DNA of 64,000 nucleotides from Eledone cirrhosa. Its lineage: Eukaryota. Each line of letters opens with the position of its first letter. Within the stretch, counting starts at the first letter, position 1. The translations under genes were made by a program, and so were the position numbers. The stretch lies in the NCBI GenBank assembly GCA_964016885.1, contig OZ024754.1, positions 40,114,001 through 40,178,000 on the forward strand. Direction: 5' to 3'. The notes under the pieces are model-generated. The model was not told the DNA's origin and made no database searches. It saw nothing but the letters and a program-made list of their open reading frames with translations. This document shows, piece by piece, positions 50,883 to 62,150 of the stretch.

Positions 50883-52366
50883 AATAAAAATTTAATTAAT
50901 TAAAATTTAATATATTAAATTTTCATTTTCATTCTGATGAGTGATTTCAGACGTCCGTGTTGAGCTCGTCTGTCTTCGTGAAACCTTTGGTAAATGGAAT
51001 AATTGTCTTATGTTGTTTATTACATAACTATATATATATATATATATCATCATCATCATCATCATCATCTTTTACGTCCGCTTTTCCCTGCTTGCAAGGA
51101 TTGGACGGGTCCTATTCAGCACGGCATCTCTCCAACCGTCACGGTCCTTTGTCATCTCCTCCGTGAGTTTCAGCGATCTGAGGTCTGCTCTCACCACCTC
51201 CGCCCATGTTTTTCGTGGTCTTCCTCTACTGCGTCTTTCCTCCACTGGGACTTCCTGGCACTTCTTCACCCATCGCTCATCCTCCATGCGCATCACATGT
51301 CCATACCATCTCAGCCTTCTCTCCTGCACACCACAACATACATATATACACACATACATATATATACATATATACATACTGCATTTTTAATTATGTGCAT
51401 ACATATATACATACACATATCAAGAGATGCTTGTGCTTGAAGCTTTTTTAAGAGTGGAAAGGCTTTGCATAGAGCCAGACCCACTCTCTGAACATCGAAG
51501 TTATGGGAAACAAAGGAGTGGACCCCGCCACTGATGATACCCATTCCCCAAAAAAGGAAACCAGTTACAGCCGGTTTCATCAGAAAGAAGTGAGAGAATT
51601 CTGGCCGGATACAACCAGTTTAGATACTAAAGGGTTAAGGGAAAAAGGATCGGCTGAACAGTTCATAAGCTGACCAAGATACTCTCATGGAATGACCAAA
51701 TGAGGTTTATTTTTCAACATAGTCCCTGGAAAGAAACATTGCAGTTATTAATAAAAAGAGTTGAAATTAATGCATGCAAGATTTCACAGCCCTAGCATCA
51801 CTTCTTCAAAGGCTGACCAAGATACTCTCATGGAATGACCAAATGAGGTATATTTCTCAACATAGTCCCTGGAAAGAAACAATGCATTTATGACCAAGTA
51901 GAGTTGAAATTAATGCATGCAAGATTTCACAGCTCTAGCATCGGTCCTTCACAGTCAGCCTATGAACTTTTCAGCGACCCGTGTATGTTTTTTGCTTGTA
52001 CTTACTTTCTTCCTGGATATCCCAGGATTCTTCAAAGTTATAATCAGATGAAAATGTATTTTCAGAATCTTTATCACCGTCACATTCCGTACACAGCCTG
52101 TTGTCTTCTGTGTCGTTAGTAAGGAGTACATTGACAGAAGGACTGAGTGGAGGCTGTTCTCGCTCCTTAACATTACAACTATCTTTCTTTATCTCTTCAT
52201 TGTCTTCTAATTCAGTCAGAAGAAATGGTAGAAGTTCTGTTGTAGTGCCATTCAAAGAAGGTTCATTGATGTGTAAAGAACTCTGTAATGGAGTTGCTAT
52301 GTTTGATCTTTGGGTTGATGGCTGATTGTCATCGTGTTCTTCAACAACTGTCTCTAGTTCCATCAT
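36527..52366 (-). CDS. LRRC74A: LRRC74A/B-like leucine-rich repeat protein, 13 coding exons, 1656 nt incl. stop (551 aa); span includes introns
   Basis: All 12 introns are GT-AG with consistent phases. The segment YLELCQDMGIHPVSSFMRYIKQDNIALPHYGLGPGRVKPISIVLRNSITLEKLDLTENDIDEEG matches the LRRC74 N-terminal signature as I recall it, followed by RI-like LxxLxLsxNxl repeats. A vs B paralogue cannot be resolved. Confidence 0.85.
36735..37272. repeat. Pyrimidine-rich tandem repeat in the last intron
   Basis: ctctctgttggtcttcctctcat-type units. Confidence 0.88.
37282..37305 (-). CDS. LRRC74A: LRRC74-like 24-nt microexon 12 (DLTRESP)
   Basis: Acceptor ctttattttcag, donor GTAAGA; open in the phase-2 frame delivered by exon 11. 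Confidence 0.6.
   Translation of the reverse strand, partial: GSNKRES
37390..37745. repeat. (CAT/CAC)n trinucleotide repeat
   Basis: Direct inspection. Confidence 0.9.
38188..38229 (+). ncRNA. Minimal hammerhead ribozyme with U3-A8 core variant (family E, second copy)
   Basis: TAACTT-TTGAAAA-TCA..TGT-GAAA-CCGG-TA-AAGTTA; 6-bp stem I, weak stem II. Confidence 0.55.
38326..38700 (+). mobile_element. Degraded RTE-like LINE 3' fragment (intronic)
   Basis: Frameshifted homologue of the 24734 family. Confidence 0.7.
38736..38821 (-). CDS. LRRC74A: LRRC74-like exon 11 (ECDLQIDTNELMQTLNTMANQGSGKIYFG)
   Basis: Acceptor tctgcgacag, donor GTCAGT, 86 nt; second EF-hand-like helix-loop. Confidence 0.75.
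39286..39567 (-). CDS. LRRC74A: LRRC74-like exon 10 (DISVEYEFL...KKYDNEGNFTIVPQDFIAAVK)
   Basis: Acceptor tatttgcag, donor GTAGGA, 282 nt; ends in an EF-hand-like loop. Confidence 0.85.
41064..41159 (-). CDS. LRRC74A: LRRC74-like exon 9 (LGKNPVSTTGVISLVNSINSNDNTELTFLDLT)
   Basis: Acceptor tgttacag, donor GTAAGA, 96 nt. Confidence 0.88.
41352..41556. repeat. About 48-bp tandem repeat, about 4 copies
   Basis: agtgtctttcattataaatatggtaatgaaagggttaaagacatagac. Confidence 0.85.
41788..41982 (-). CDS. LRRC74A: LRRC74-like exon 8 (DNIRLKRCNLSYNGFG...NETLQILQ)
   Basis: Acceptor ttccttcattaaag, donor GTATGT, 195 nt, two LRRs. Confidence 0.9.
42252..42337 (-). CDS. LRRC74A: LRRC74-like exon 7 (GSNEYLQQFDLSWNYIRLKGAIAIGKGLQ)
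   Basis: Acceptor ttttctgcag, donor GTTTGT, 86 nt, DLSWN LRR motif. Confidence 0.9.
42372..42820 (+). mobile_element. RTE-like LINE 3' fragment (intronic)
   Basis: KIFNTYILPVVLYG..LKLYGHIKR..GKRSRGRQPKRWVD. Confidence 0.8.
42878..43984. repeat. 44-bp minisatellite, about 25 copies (intron 6)
   Basis: ttgYattgactatgatagccagagaggaggtgggctttattggg. Confidence 0.97.
44103..44184 (-). CDS. LRRC74A: LRRC74-like exon 6 (KNKFLESINLSKNRLGEKGGEIFGTAI)
   Basis: Acceptor ctttctcttcag, donor GTAAGT, 82 nt. Confidence 0.9.
45488..45850. repeat. CA-rich about 23-bp tandem repeat
   Basis: acaacatcacaacataccctac-type units. Confidence 0.85.
45905..45954 (-). CDS. LRRC74A: LRRC74-like exon 5 (GNQLEDSVIAELMIALE)
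   Basis: Acceptor cattag, donor GTAAGT, 50 nt; phases 1/0 fit neighbours. Confidence 0.85.
46452..46712 (-). mobile_element. RTE LINE 3' fragment (intronic)
   Basis: RRLRWYGHVMRM..GRPKMTWDEVI; shorter copy at 40358-40450. Confidence 0.8.
47612..47705 (-). CDS. LRRC74A: LRRC74-like exon 4 (NLSNNQIGSVGISHIAKMLCCNSGLRSLNLS)
   Basis: Acceptor cttcag, donor GTAAGT, 94 nt. Confidence 0.9.
48401..48508 (-). CDS. LRRC74A: LRRC74-like exon 3 (NSITLEKLDLTENDIDEEGTKFISKMLEENDFITDL)
   Basis: Acceptor tttacag, donor GTAATA, 108 nt, LRR consensus. Confidence 0.9.
49958..50130 (-). CDS. LRRC74A: LRRC74-like exon 2 (KRPLSADTRGKVMYLELC...ISIVLR)
   Basis: Acceptor tattatgcag, donor GTAAGG, 173 nt. Confidence 0.9.
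50534..50591 (+). ncRNA. Minimal type-I hammerhead ribozyme (family B)
   Basis: ATAC-CTGATGA-stem II-GAAA-TGATCA-TA-GTAT; compensatory stem I and stem III relative to the other family B copies. Confidence 0.72.
50926..51000 (+). ncRNA. Type-I hammerhead ribozyme with long stem II and looped stem III
   Basis: TTCATT-CTGATGA-GTGA..AGACG..CGTCT..TCGT-GAAA-CC TTT GG-TA-AATGGA; GUA triplet. Confidence 0.72.
51047..51333 (-). mobile_element. RTE LINE 3' end (intronic)
   Basis: RRLRWYGHVMRM..RPRKTWAEVV; (GAT)n tail. Confidence 0.82.
51648..51985 (-). mobile_element. Mariner-derived non-autonomous remnant next to the exon 1 donor
   Basis: Inverted ends gctgaacagttcataagctgac / gtcagcctatgaacttttcagc; internal duplication; gggactatgttgaaaa (GDYVEK transposase C-terminus); partial copy at 48155-48245. 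Confidence 0.6.
52006..52366 (-). CDS. LRRC74A: LRRC74-like coding exon 1 (acidic disordered N-terminus MMELETVVEE...WDIQEE)
   Basis: Acceptor ttttcttag before 52375, ATG at 52366, donor A|GTAAGT at 52005; phase 1 joins exon 2 in frame. Confidence 0.75.
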
Positions 52367-53172
52367 GAAATTGGCCTAAGAAAAGAAGGGGACAAACAAA
52401 ATCTTAGAAATTTTAGTTGGAGGTGACAAGGTGGTGGTTGTGAGAGTAGGAGGTGGGGGTGACTGGTAGTTGTGATGGTGGTGGTGGTAGTGGTTGTGAT
52501 GGTGATGGTGGTGGTAGTGGTTGTGGGGGTGGGGTAGGAGGTGGGGTGACTGGTAGTTGTGGTGGTGGTGGTGGTGGTGGTGGTGGTTGTGGAGGTGGTG
52601 GGTGGGGTGGGGTGGGAGGTGGAGGTGACTGTAGTTGTGATGGTGGTGGTGGTGGTGGTGGTGGTGGTGGTGGTGGTTGTGAGGGTAAGAGGTGGGGTGA
52701 CTGGTAGGTGTGATGGTGGTGGTGGTAGTGGAAGGCGTGGGGTTGGGGTGATTGGGCGGAGGGGTGGGAGTGAGGGTGAGGGTATGGGTGGGGGTGGGGG
52801 TTACTGGTAGTGGTGGTCAGAGAGTAGAAGGTGGCGGTGATTGGTAGTTTTGAAGTGGTGGGGGGGTGATTGGTAGTTGTGGTAGTGTGTGTATGAAGGT
52901 GGTGGTGGTGTGTGTATGAAGGTGGTGGTGGTGTGTGTATGAAGGTGGTGGTGGTGTGTATATGAAGGTGGTGGTGGTGGTGGTATGACAAATATTTTCT
53001 CCAGCCCAAGTTACTTTAATCAGTCTCTACTGACAAAGGTGACAACTTTAAAACAGGTGCAATATATTTTCCTGTCAACATTACAACATATCAACTTGGC
53101 TAAATCTCTCTCTCTGTCTCTCTGTCTGTCTGTGTGTTTCAGTATGTGTGTGTGTGTGAGAGAGAGAGAGTT

Positions 53173-53204
<32 letters not shown>

Positions 53205-54233
53205 TTTGTGTGTGTGTGTGTGAGAGAGAGAGTTTGTGTGTGTGTGTGTGAGAGAGAGAGAGAGTTTGTGTGTGTGTGTGTGAGAGAGAGAGAGAGTGAG
53301 TTTGTGTGTATGTCTTTGTGTATGTCCTTGTGTATGTGTGTGTGAAGGGCATGCGTGTTTGTGTGTGCGTGTTTATGGTCGTGTGTACGTGTGTGTGTGC
53401 ATATGTGTACGTGTGTATGTGTGTGTATATATGGTCGTGTGTGTGTGTGTGTATATATGGTCGTGTGTGTGTGTGTGTAGTCATCGTTTCACTGCTGGTT
53501 TGGGTTGCCATAGTTGTTGTTGTTACTGTAATTGTTTCCATGTAGTACTTACTTAACATTGAGTCTTTATACGAGAGAGAAAGGGGGGGGTATGGGGGTA
53601 GAGAAGGGGGTGAAAAGGGAGAGGGGGGAGATAAAGAGGAGGGACAGGGCGAGAGAGAGAGTGAGGTGAGGAGGGAGAGAGGGGGATGAGCGAGGGGGGC
53701 AGAGCGCGACAGTGGGGAGAGGGGGTGGGAAGAGATGGGTAGATGCGAGAGAGAGGGGGGACAGAGCGAGAGGGAGGAAACAGAGCGAAAGGGGGGGCAG
53801 CGAGAGGGAGGGAACAGAGCGAGGGGGGGGGCGAGAGGGAGGGAACAGAACGATAGAGAGGAGGAACAGAGCGAGAAAGAGGAGGAACAGAGCGAGAGAG
53901 AGGGGGAACAGAGAGAGAGAGAGGGAGTGAGAGAGTGTGAGCGGGAGAGAAAGGGGAATTTTTTATTTTCATTTATAGAATATGAGTAATGTGATGGCAC
54001 ATGGTATAAATTGTAAATAAACATTGTTTTGGCGCCAAAAATAGCCTTCATAGATGGGGCGATAATCAGCTGACACACTACAGGGGGGAGGGGATTCGTT
54101 TCCATGTGTGTCCCCCCTCCCACCTCACTCGCTATTGATAGACTTGTCATATCGATCAAAGGTCAGGCAAATGATCAGAAAATACAACGGAAATAACTAC
54201 TACTACTACTACTACTACTGCTGCTGCTGCTAT

Positions 54234-54265
<32 letters not shown>

Positions 54266-54594
54266 TTGTTGCTGCTGCTGCTGCTGCTGCTGCTACAGTA
54301 ATGGCAACAACAACTGCTACTACTACAACAGTAGTAACAACTACAGCAATAACAACAACCACAACAACAACAATAACAGCAACAGCAATAACAACAACAA
54401 CATATTAGAAAGAAACTCTATGTGGTCGTTTGACCTGCCAAAATAGCAGCCTAATCTCCCCCAAGTTACATCCTTACTGCCTTGAAAAAGAAAAGGTATA
54501 TTGGCTGATGTTGTGATCCTTAAAAGGGGGATAACTTCGTAGGGGAAGTTAGACGTTCCTTTCAGATCTGGTGATTAATGAAACAACTAAAGAA

Positions 54595-55055
54595 ACCCCA
54601 AGAAAGGGATTTATACAATGGAATAACCAGTCTAACCCCCAAGAAAGGGTTGAAATAATGGAATAACCAGTGTGGCCCCTAAGAAAGGGATTGAAATAAT
54701 GGAATAACCAGTCTAACCTCCAAGAGAGGGTTGAAATAATGGAATAACCAGTGTGGCCCCTAAGAAAGGGATTGAAATAATGGAATAACCAGTCTAACCT
54801 CCAAGAGAGGGTTGAAATAATGGAACAACCCAGTCTAACCCCCAAGAAAGGGTTGAAATAATGGAACAACCCAGTGTGGCCCTCAAGAAAGGGTTGAAAG
54901 AATGGAACAACCCAGTCTAACCCCCAAGAAAGGGTTGAAATAATGGAACAACCCAGTGTGGCCCTCAAGAAAGGGTTGAAAGAATGGAATAACAAAGGTG
55001 GTCCCCAAGAAAGGGTTGAAAGAATGGAATAATCAGTGTGGCCCCCAAGAAAGGG
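54595..55055. repeat. About 39-bp alternating A/B minisatellite
   Basis: aatggaataaccagtctaacccccaagaaagggttg alternating with ..ccagtgtggccc.. Confidence 0.85.
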
Positions 55056-56011
55056 GTCACAAGAAATTGTTGAATCCAAGAAACAGCCAGTTCTGTAATA
55101 AGACAAATCACACTAATGGAGGGGGGGGGGGTATAAATGGAAAAAAACTGACAAGAAATATAATAACAACCCTGCCCCCAGGGAACAATACTAAATTGTG
55201 GACTCAATTTACACCAATAATACTAATATTAATAATAACGGTGGTGGTTGGGTTGTGGAGGTGGTGGTGGTGGTGGTGATGGTGATGTTGGTGGTGGTGG
55301 TGGTGATGTTGGTGGAGGTGGTGATGTTGGTGGAGGTGGTGGCGGTGGTGGAGGTGGTGGTGGTGGTGGGGATGTTGGTGGTGGTGATGTTGGTGGTGGT
55401 GATGGTGATGTTGGTGGTGGTGGTGGTGATGTTGGTGGTGGTGGTGGTGATGTTGGTGGTGGTGGTGGTGATGTTGGTGGTGGTGGTGGTGATGTTGGTG
55501 GAGGTGGTGGTGGTGGTGGGGATGAAGATGGTGGTGGTGGTGGTGGTGGAGCCAGTGGTGATGGTGGTGGTGGCGGTGGTGATGATGATGGTATGGTGGT
55601 GATGATGATGGCAGTGGTGGAGGTGGTGATGATGATGACGATGATGGTGATTTCTTACATCGGTACAAGGTGACAATTTACTAAACATAGTTTTATTGTA
55701 AATAAATGTTTATATAATTTAACTGAAATCTAAACATTTCTTACAAGCACTCATGTACTATTGAAGAATCTGTTATTGTATTTAGCCCGGTCACATGACT
55801 TCTGTTGAATACAACCAGTTCTTTCTTTAACAGAAGTTTTGTGCAAACTAAGAAACCTCTTGATAGTCGCTCAACCAGCTTGAAATAGAAGCCAAATTTT
55901 CCTCAAACTTCAACCTGCCGTCTGCTGTCTTAAAAAAAAGGAAGGACGTGTCAGACAATGTGTTCCTGGTTATAAAGAAGTATGGGATGGTCATGCTAGG
56001 AATGTCTTTGA

Positions 56012-56071
<60 letters not shown>

Positions 56072-56175
56072 GGAAAAGAACCCCCTGACTCTTTTCCTAT
56101 TACCCACTCAACTACCCCAAGTATTGAGTACTCTGGTGCATTATGGTCCACCTGGTTCCTTACAACACATTCTTC

Positions 56176-56280
<105 letters not shown>

Positions 56281-56327
56281 TTATATAGGGGAAGAATTAT
56301 TTTCACCCTCGAAAGATGAACAGTACT

Positions 56328-57307
56328 CTTAGTGTTACATACTTCTGAAGTACACTGATCTTAGTGTTATATACTTCTGAAGTACACTGATCTCAGTGTT
56401 ATATACTTCTGAAGTACACTGATCTCAGTGTTATATACTTCTGAAGTACACTGATCTCAGTGTTATATACTTCTGAAGTACACTGATCTTAGTGTTATAT
56501 ACTTCTGAAGTACACTGATCTCAGTGTTATATACTTCTGAAGTACACTGATCTCAGTGTTATATACTTCTGAAGTACACTGATCTCAGTGTTATATACTT
56601 CTGAAGTACACTGATCTTAGTGTTATATACTTCTGAAGTACACTGATCTCAGTGTTATATACTTCTGAAGTACACTGATCTCAGTGTTATATACTTCTGA
56701 AGTACACTGATCTCAGTGTTATATACTTCTGAAGTACACTGATCTTAGTGTTATATACTTCTGAAGTACACTGATCTCAGTGTTATATACTTCTGAAGTA
56801 CACTGATCTCAGTGTTATATACTTCTGAAGTACACTGATCTTAGTGTTATATACTTCTGAAGTACACTGATCTCAGTGTTATATACTTCTGAAGTACACT
56901 GATCTCAGTGTTATATACTTCTGAAGTACACTGATCTTAGTGTTATATACTTCTGAAGTACACTGATCTCAGTGTTATATACTTCTGAAGTACACTGATC
57001 TTAGTGTTATGTACTTCTGAAGTACACTGATCTCAGTGTTATGTACTTCTGAAGTACACTGATCTTAGTGTTATATACTTCTAAAGTACACTGATCTTAG
57101 TGTTATATACTTCTGAAGTACACTGATCTCAGTGTTATATACTTCTGAAGTACACTGATCTTAGTGTTATATACTTCTGAAGTACACTGATCTTAGTGTT
57201 ATATACTTCTAAAGTACACTGATCTCAGTGTTATATACTTCTGAAGTACACTGATCTTTAGTGTTATATACTTCTGAAGTACACTGATCTCAGTGTTATA
57301 TACTTCA
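56328..57307. repeat. 32-bp minisatellite, about 30 copies, each unit self-complementary
   Basis: tcYagtgttatatacttctgaagtacactga-type unit. Confidence 0.96.
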
Positions 57308-58012
57308 TTGGTCTGAAGTTTGATGAAAAATGAAGTGAATCTCTCTGGGATTTGAACTCAGAACATTGAGATAGAACTGGATTAGGTCTTACACTAATTA
57401 ATGAACTGGATATAAAATTAAGGGCAATTATTAAACATACACACATAAATATATCCCAATATTTATGAGATAAAGTGTACTTTTGGAATAGGACTGAATA
57501 TTTATGACCTTTTGCTGGTCAGAAAATGGGTCAGCTGTTACGCTAAAAATACATGACAAGGGGCCATAGTACAATATGATAATTTATGAAATTTCCATTA
57601 AACTATTGGACAATATAACAAACATAAGCAAAAGTTCCGATTGAAAACTGTTTGCAGTCAGAGATGTGAAGCAGCTGCCAAGCCTTAAGTGACATATCCT
57701 AACCAATAATAATATATTTATGATATAATATATTTTAGTTTATGTTCAGAGGGTGGAAGTACGTGGCCTAGTGGTAAGGATGTTGGACTTACAATCATAA
57801 TGTCGTGGGTTGGATTTCTGGTTAGGGACTAGGGAGTTATTTGATTCCTGGTTAGGGTTAGCGACTAGGGAGTTACTTGATTCCTGGTTAGGGTTAGCAA
57901 CTAGGGAGTTACTCCATGTAAAGTCCTTGATTCTTGATATTGAGGGATCACAGCTACAGTACTAATGTTGAAGAAGAAGAAGAAGAAGAAGAAGAAGAAG
58001 AAGAAGAAGAAG

Positions 58013-58043
<31 letters not shown>

Positions 58044-58362
58044 TTTGTGTTATTTCATCATTTCTAAATATTTCCCAAATCACTGAAATGTTTGATAATA
58101 GACTAATAAACAGTTATTAGATTTAGTTATCAATGTTAACGAGTTAGTTAGCTGGAACAGGTAAAAGAGTAAATATTCTAACAATTTGTGTAGAAACTCT
58201 ACTCTAAAATTTCATCATTTCTAAATATTTCCCCAAACCACTGAAATGTTTGATAATAGATTGATAAACAGTTATTAGATTTAGTTATCAATGTTATCGT
58301 GTCTTGTAACAATTTCCAGAGTAAAATAAACTACCTCCCAGATAGAAGAGTTAGCTTTTTAA

Positions 58363-58581
58363 CCCTTTAGCATTTACATTACTCTATATTTACGATTGTA
58401 TTTTCACAGTAAAGGCTTTATCGCATATAATATCTCACATAATATCGAATCTATGAGATTTCGATATTATTTATTTTAGAACAATACCTTAACATAAGTA
58501 TGAGTGGTTAGATACAGCCAGTTTGAACAGAAAGAGAGGAGAGAATTCTGGCTGGATATAGCCGGTTTAAATGCTAAAGGG
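58363..58581. mobile_element. piggyBac-type MITE
   Basis: TTAA on both sides; TIR CCCTTTAGCATTTA/TAAATGCTAAAGGG; other copies at about 44732-44917, 48550-49099, 51563-51633, 59470-59768 and 28890-28950. Confidence 0.8.
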
Positions 58582-58638
58582 TTAAACATCGTATGATGAC
58601 TGTTCTGCGGGATGCTTTATATTAGATGTTATTTACAG

Positions 58639-58859
58639 CAGGCATGTCAAACATGTGGCCCGCAGGCCACATGCGGTCCTTTAAAAGCACACCTGCGGCC
58701 CACACAAAGGTTTTTACAGCACGAGTATGTTTTATCTTCGTAATATAAAATTTAAAAAATTAGTTGTAATATACGCAACTAGTTGTCATGTGTGACCTTC
58801 AGACAACACATATGTGACCCCTGTGGCTCTCGGGGGTGACCCTCAGTTTGACATGCCTG
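58639..58859. mobile_element. hAT-type MITE
   Basis: TIR CAGGCATGTCAAAC/GTTTGACATGCCTG; decayed 8-bp TSD atttacag/attttcaa; second copy at 27674-27925 with internal tandem expansion. Confidence 0.75.
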
Positions 58860-59919
58860 ATTTTCAATATAGTTTATTTTGAAACTAGAAGAAAAAACAG
58901 TGGACATAGTAACATTGGCATTAAACTGATTCCAGGACCATTAAAAACTATATTATCAAATATTCTAGATTCCCGTTGTAATAAATAGAAATGACAAATA
59001 TCCTCTCAGTTGATTAAATTATATAAAACAAACAAAAAGAGAGAAATTTTGATAACAGGGGCCTGGTTTTTATTTCACGGACAATGATGGGTTTTTAAAA
59101 TTAGCTGACTTTTGCTGACACAATCCTTCTCATGGTTTCGCAGTGGTTCTGAGAGGAGATATCATCAAATTTAGAAATAGTAAAAGATTAACAGTTTTGG
59201 AAAAAAAAATAATGGAAACAAACCCCCAAACCAACAAAAGTAAAAATAAATTGTCTACTTCCCATATTTCTTCCAATGAGGAATATTCAGGAAGCAGTAT
59301 AAAACAATCTTAGATAATCTTTTAGAAGTCAATGGGACTACCCAGAAAGTTGATTGTACTTTGGGGTCTCAAACTTGACAAAACAAATAGAAGAAGAAAG
59401 AGAAAAAGAAACCAACAAATAGTATTTTAGTGATTTTGATTGGAGGTATCATCAAATTTAGAAAGTTTAAAGCTTTAGCATTTATATTACTCTATACTAC
59501 TGTATTTTCACAGTAAAGACTTTATTTCACATAATATCTCACATATCTCACAAAACATTTACATTACTCTATATATACTATTGTATTTTCACAGTAGAGG
59601 CTTTACCTTACATAATTATCTCACATAATTGCAAATCTATGAGATTTTGATGTTATTTATTTTGAGAACAATACCTTAATATAAGTATGAGTGGCCAGTT
59701 ACAGCTGGTTTGAACAGAAAGAGGTGAGAGAATTCTGGCCGGATATGGCCGGTTTAAATGCTAAAGGGTTAAAAAATAGGAATGTTGATGTTTTGCAGTA
59801 TCTGACCCAACTCTGTGCGTTTGGGGTTCAAATCAGGCCTTCTGCAGCCAAGAGTTACAACCTATAGATAATATCAGTAGTAGAAATACCAACAGAAATA
59901 TTATTTATTGAGTCTGATC

Positions 59920-60190
59920 TGCAGTCTACATGTGAATGGAGTTTTACTGAAGCAGGAGGAAACGTTCAAGTATCTCAGGGATGTGTTCAGGAGTGATGGA
60001 AGGCAGGAGGCTGAATTAAGTGCAAAAATTACAAAAACTGGTGCAGTAATGCGCCAGCTTCAGCATTCGGTAATCAGAAGAAAGGATGTAGGTGTAAAAA
60101 CCAAACTTGCTATCTTAAATTCGGTATTTGTGCCAACCTATGGTCATGAATCTTGGGTAATGATTGAAAGAATATGATCGTGAATACAAA
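59920..60190 (+). mobile_element. RTE-clade LINE fragment
   Basis: FKYL..ELSAKI..PTYGHESW. Confidence 0.78.
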
Positions 60191-60573
60191 CGACAGTTGC
60201 TCAAGGTGCCATCAGAAGTGTAACTAGAGAAAATAGCGCCTATGGCAAGCAGTGAAATTGTGCCCTAACCAAACATCTAACATCCATCTTTCAGCCACCA
60301 TAGTGTTTCTCATCCATGATAATCAAAGACAGATCATAGATCTGAAGAAGCTTCTTTTTCCACTCTCCGAAGGTAACTTATCTAACTTTAATAGAAAATG
60401 CACCTTGTCCAAATGGCGCCTCTCCCTTCAAGCAGTGCCCATGGCATGTGCTATGCTTGCTATACCTTAATTACACCTGTGGGTTGTTGCTGTTGTTGTT
60501 ACAGCTCACACCTATGCAGGTTTAGCTGGCCTCCTCCAAGGTATATCTCGTTGAAGGTGTCTTGGGTGATTTA

Positions 60574-60735
60574 ATGATAGGGACCCCAGTCCTATCATCT
60601 CATTTCTACAGCTGAGTAAACTGGAGCAATGAGAAATAAAGTGTCTTGCTCAAGGAAACAACACATCAGCCGGTCTGAGAATTGAACTCACAACCTTTTC
60701 GATTGCAAGCCCAATGCTCTAACCAATAAGCCACT
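60574..60735 (-). mobile_element. CORE-like SINE, 5' half
   Basis: Same family, truncated. Confidence 0.7.
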
Positions 60736-61170
60736 AAACCAATAAACCACTACGCCATGCGCCTTCACATGTGGGTGCCATGCAGTGAGATTGAACTTCC
60801 AAACCCGTCCTTAACAACACAGCCATGTCTGCTCTATTATTATCACAGAGACAAATGGGTGTTGTGTGTTTTTATTGCGTTATCTCTCTTGGAAATCAGA
60901 TTTTACTGGAAACCAGAATATTTTTATCAGCTGCAAGATAAGCTATTGTTTTAGTTAAAGTACAATGGTTAGCAGTCATTTAATTAAACAATTTATTGTA
61001 CAACACAAACACATATATCTCTTGACTACAGGGACCACAAAGGTGTTCTTTACTGGTGTTGGGGGTTGGACGAATAAGAGGAAGTGTGTGCGTGAGGACA
61101 TCATACACACACACACACACAATATGCATGTGTGTGTGTGTATATAAATAAATACACACACATATATATA

Positions 61171-61213
<43 letters not shown>

Positions 61214-61347
61214 GGAAAGTTATATTTAAATTGTTGGGTTAACAACGAGTAAATATTTATAACTGATATAAAAGCACTCAACAAGTATTTGGAGTATATT
61301 TATGATATTAAATAAATGGAAACTATATTTATAAAACCATATTTATT

Positions 61348-61400
61348 TCGTTATATATATTTCAGGGATATCATATTAACAATATGTTATGCCTTCTTCA

Positions 61401-61404
<4 letters not shown>
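61348..61404 (-). ncRNA. Minimal type-I hammerhead ribozyme (family D)
   Basis: TGT-CTGAAGA-AGGCATAACATATT..AATATGATATCCCT-GAAA-TATATA-TA-ACG. Confidence 0.65.
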
Positions 61405-61450
<46 letters not shown>

Positions 61451-61619
61451 AGACACAGTAAAAAGGCTCCCAGTCCACACTATAAATGTGGTTGGTGTTA
61501 GGAAGGGCATCCAGCCATCGAAAACCTGCCAGAAACAGTTCTGTACGAGCAAGACACGGTCACCCGACCAATCTTGCATGGAAGATGGACATTAAACGAC
61601 GACGATGATGATGATGATG

Positions 61620-61654
<35 letters not shown>

Positions 61655-62150
61655 GAGAGCATAACGCCAAGTCCATAAAACAGTTTTGTACCGTTGAAAC
61701 AAGAGCAGTTTCTGGTGGTTTTCTATTAAAATGTCCCGAGGTTAACTTTCCCTTTCATCCTTACGGGGTCGATAAAATAAAGTACCAGTAATGTACTGGG
61801 ATATTTGCTGGCCTTGTGCCAACAGTAGAAACAATTAAGTTTAGCATACCACTGCAACCTCTTTCTATAACCCTAGGCAAGAAAACAAGCTCAGTTATCA
61901 CCTTATCATGCCATAAGACTATGATTAATGTTTAATCCACCATTTTTTATCTTAATAATGATGTAATCATATTTCATAATATTTTGGTTTCTAGTTGGCG
62001 CGTATGCTTCCACCTCTCTCCACCTCGCTTAATAAATGGAAAATAATATAGATTTAGTTTATGGAAATTTTATAGAATGTGTACATCATATGTACTTCTG
62101 TCTGCGTGTGTGTATATATGTGTGTGTGTGTGATTTAGCTGTATATACAT

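Noticed and set aside
51528-51590. CTGATGA motifs at 51532 (+), about 51583 (-) and in exon 10
   Set aside because: No correctly placed stem II, GAAA, NUH and stem I; chance matches
52413-55688. Pro-, His-, Gly- and Val-rich ORFs upstream of the LRR gene (also 27950-28214, 37373-37798, 44821-45182)
   Set aside because: Trinucleotide microsatellites (GGT/CAC/CAT) open in many frames on both strands
57815-57912. Telomeric TTAGGG repeats (also degenerate at about 45190-45260)
   Set aside because: Only 1-2 hexamers inside a short tandem duplication; not an interstitial telomere array
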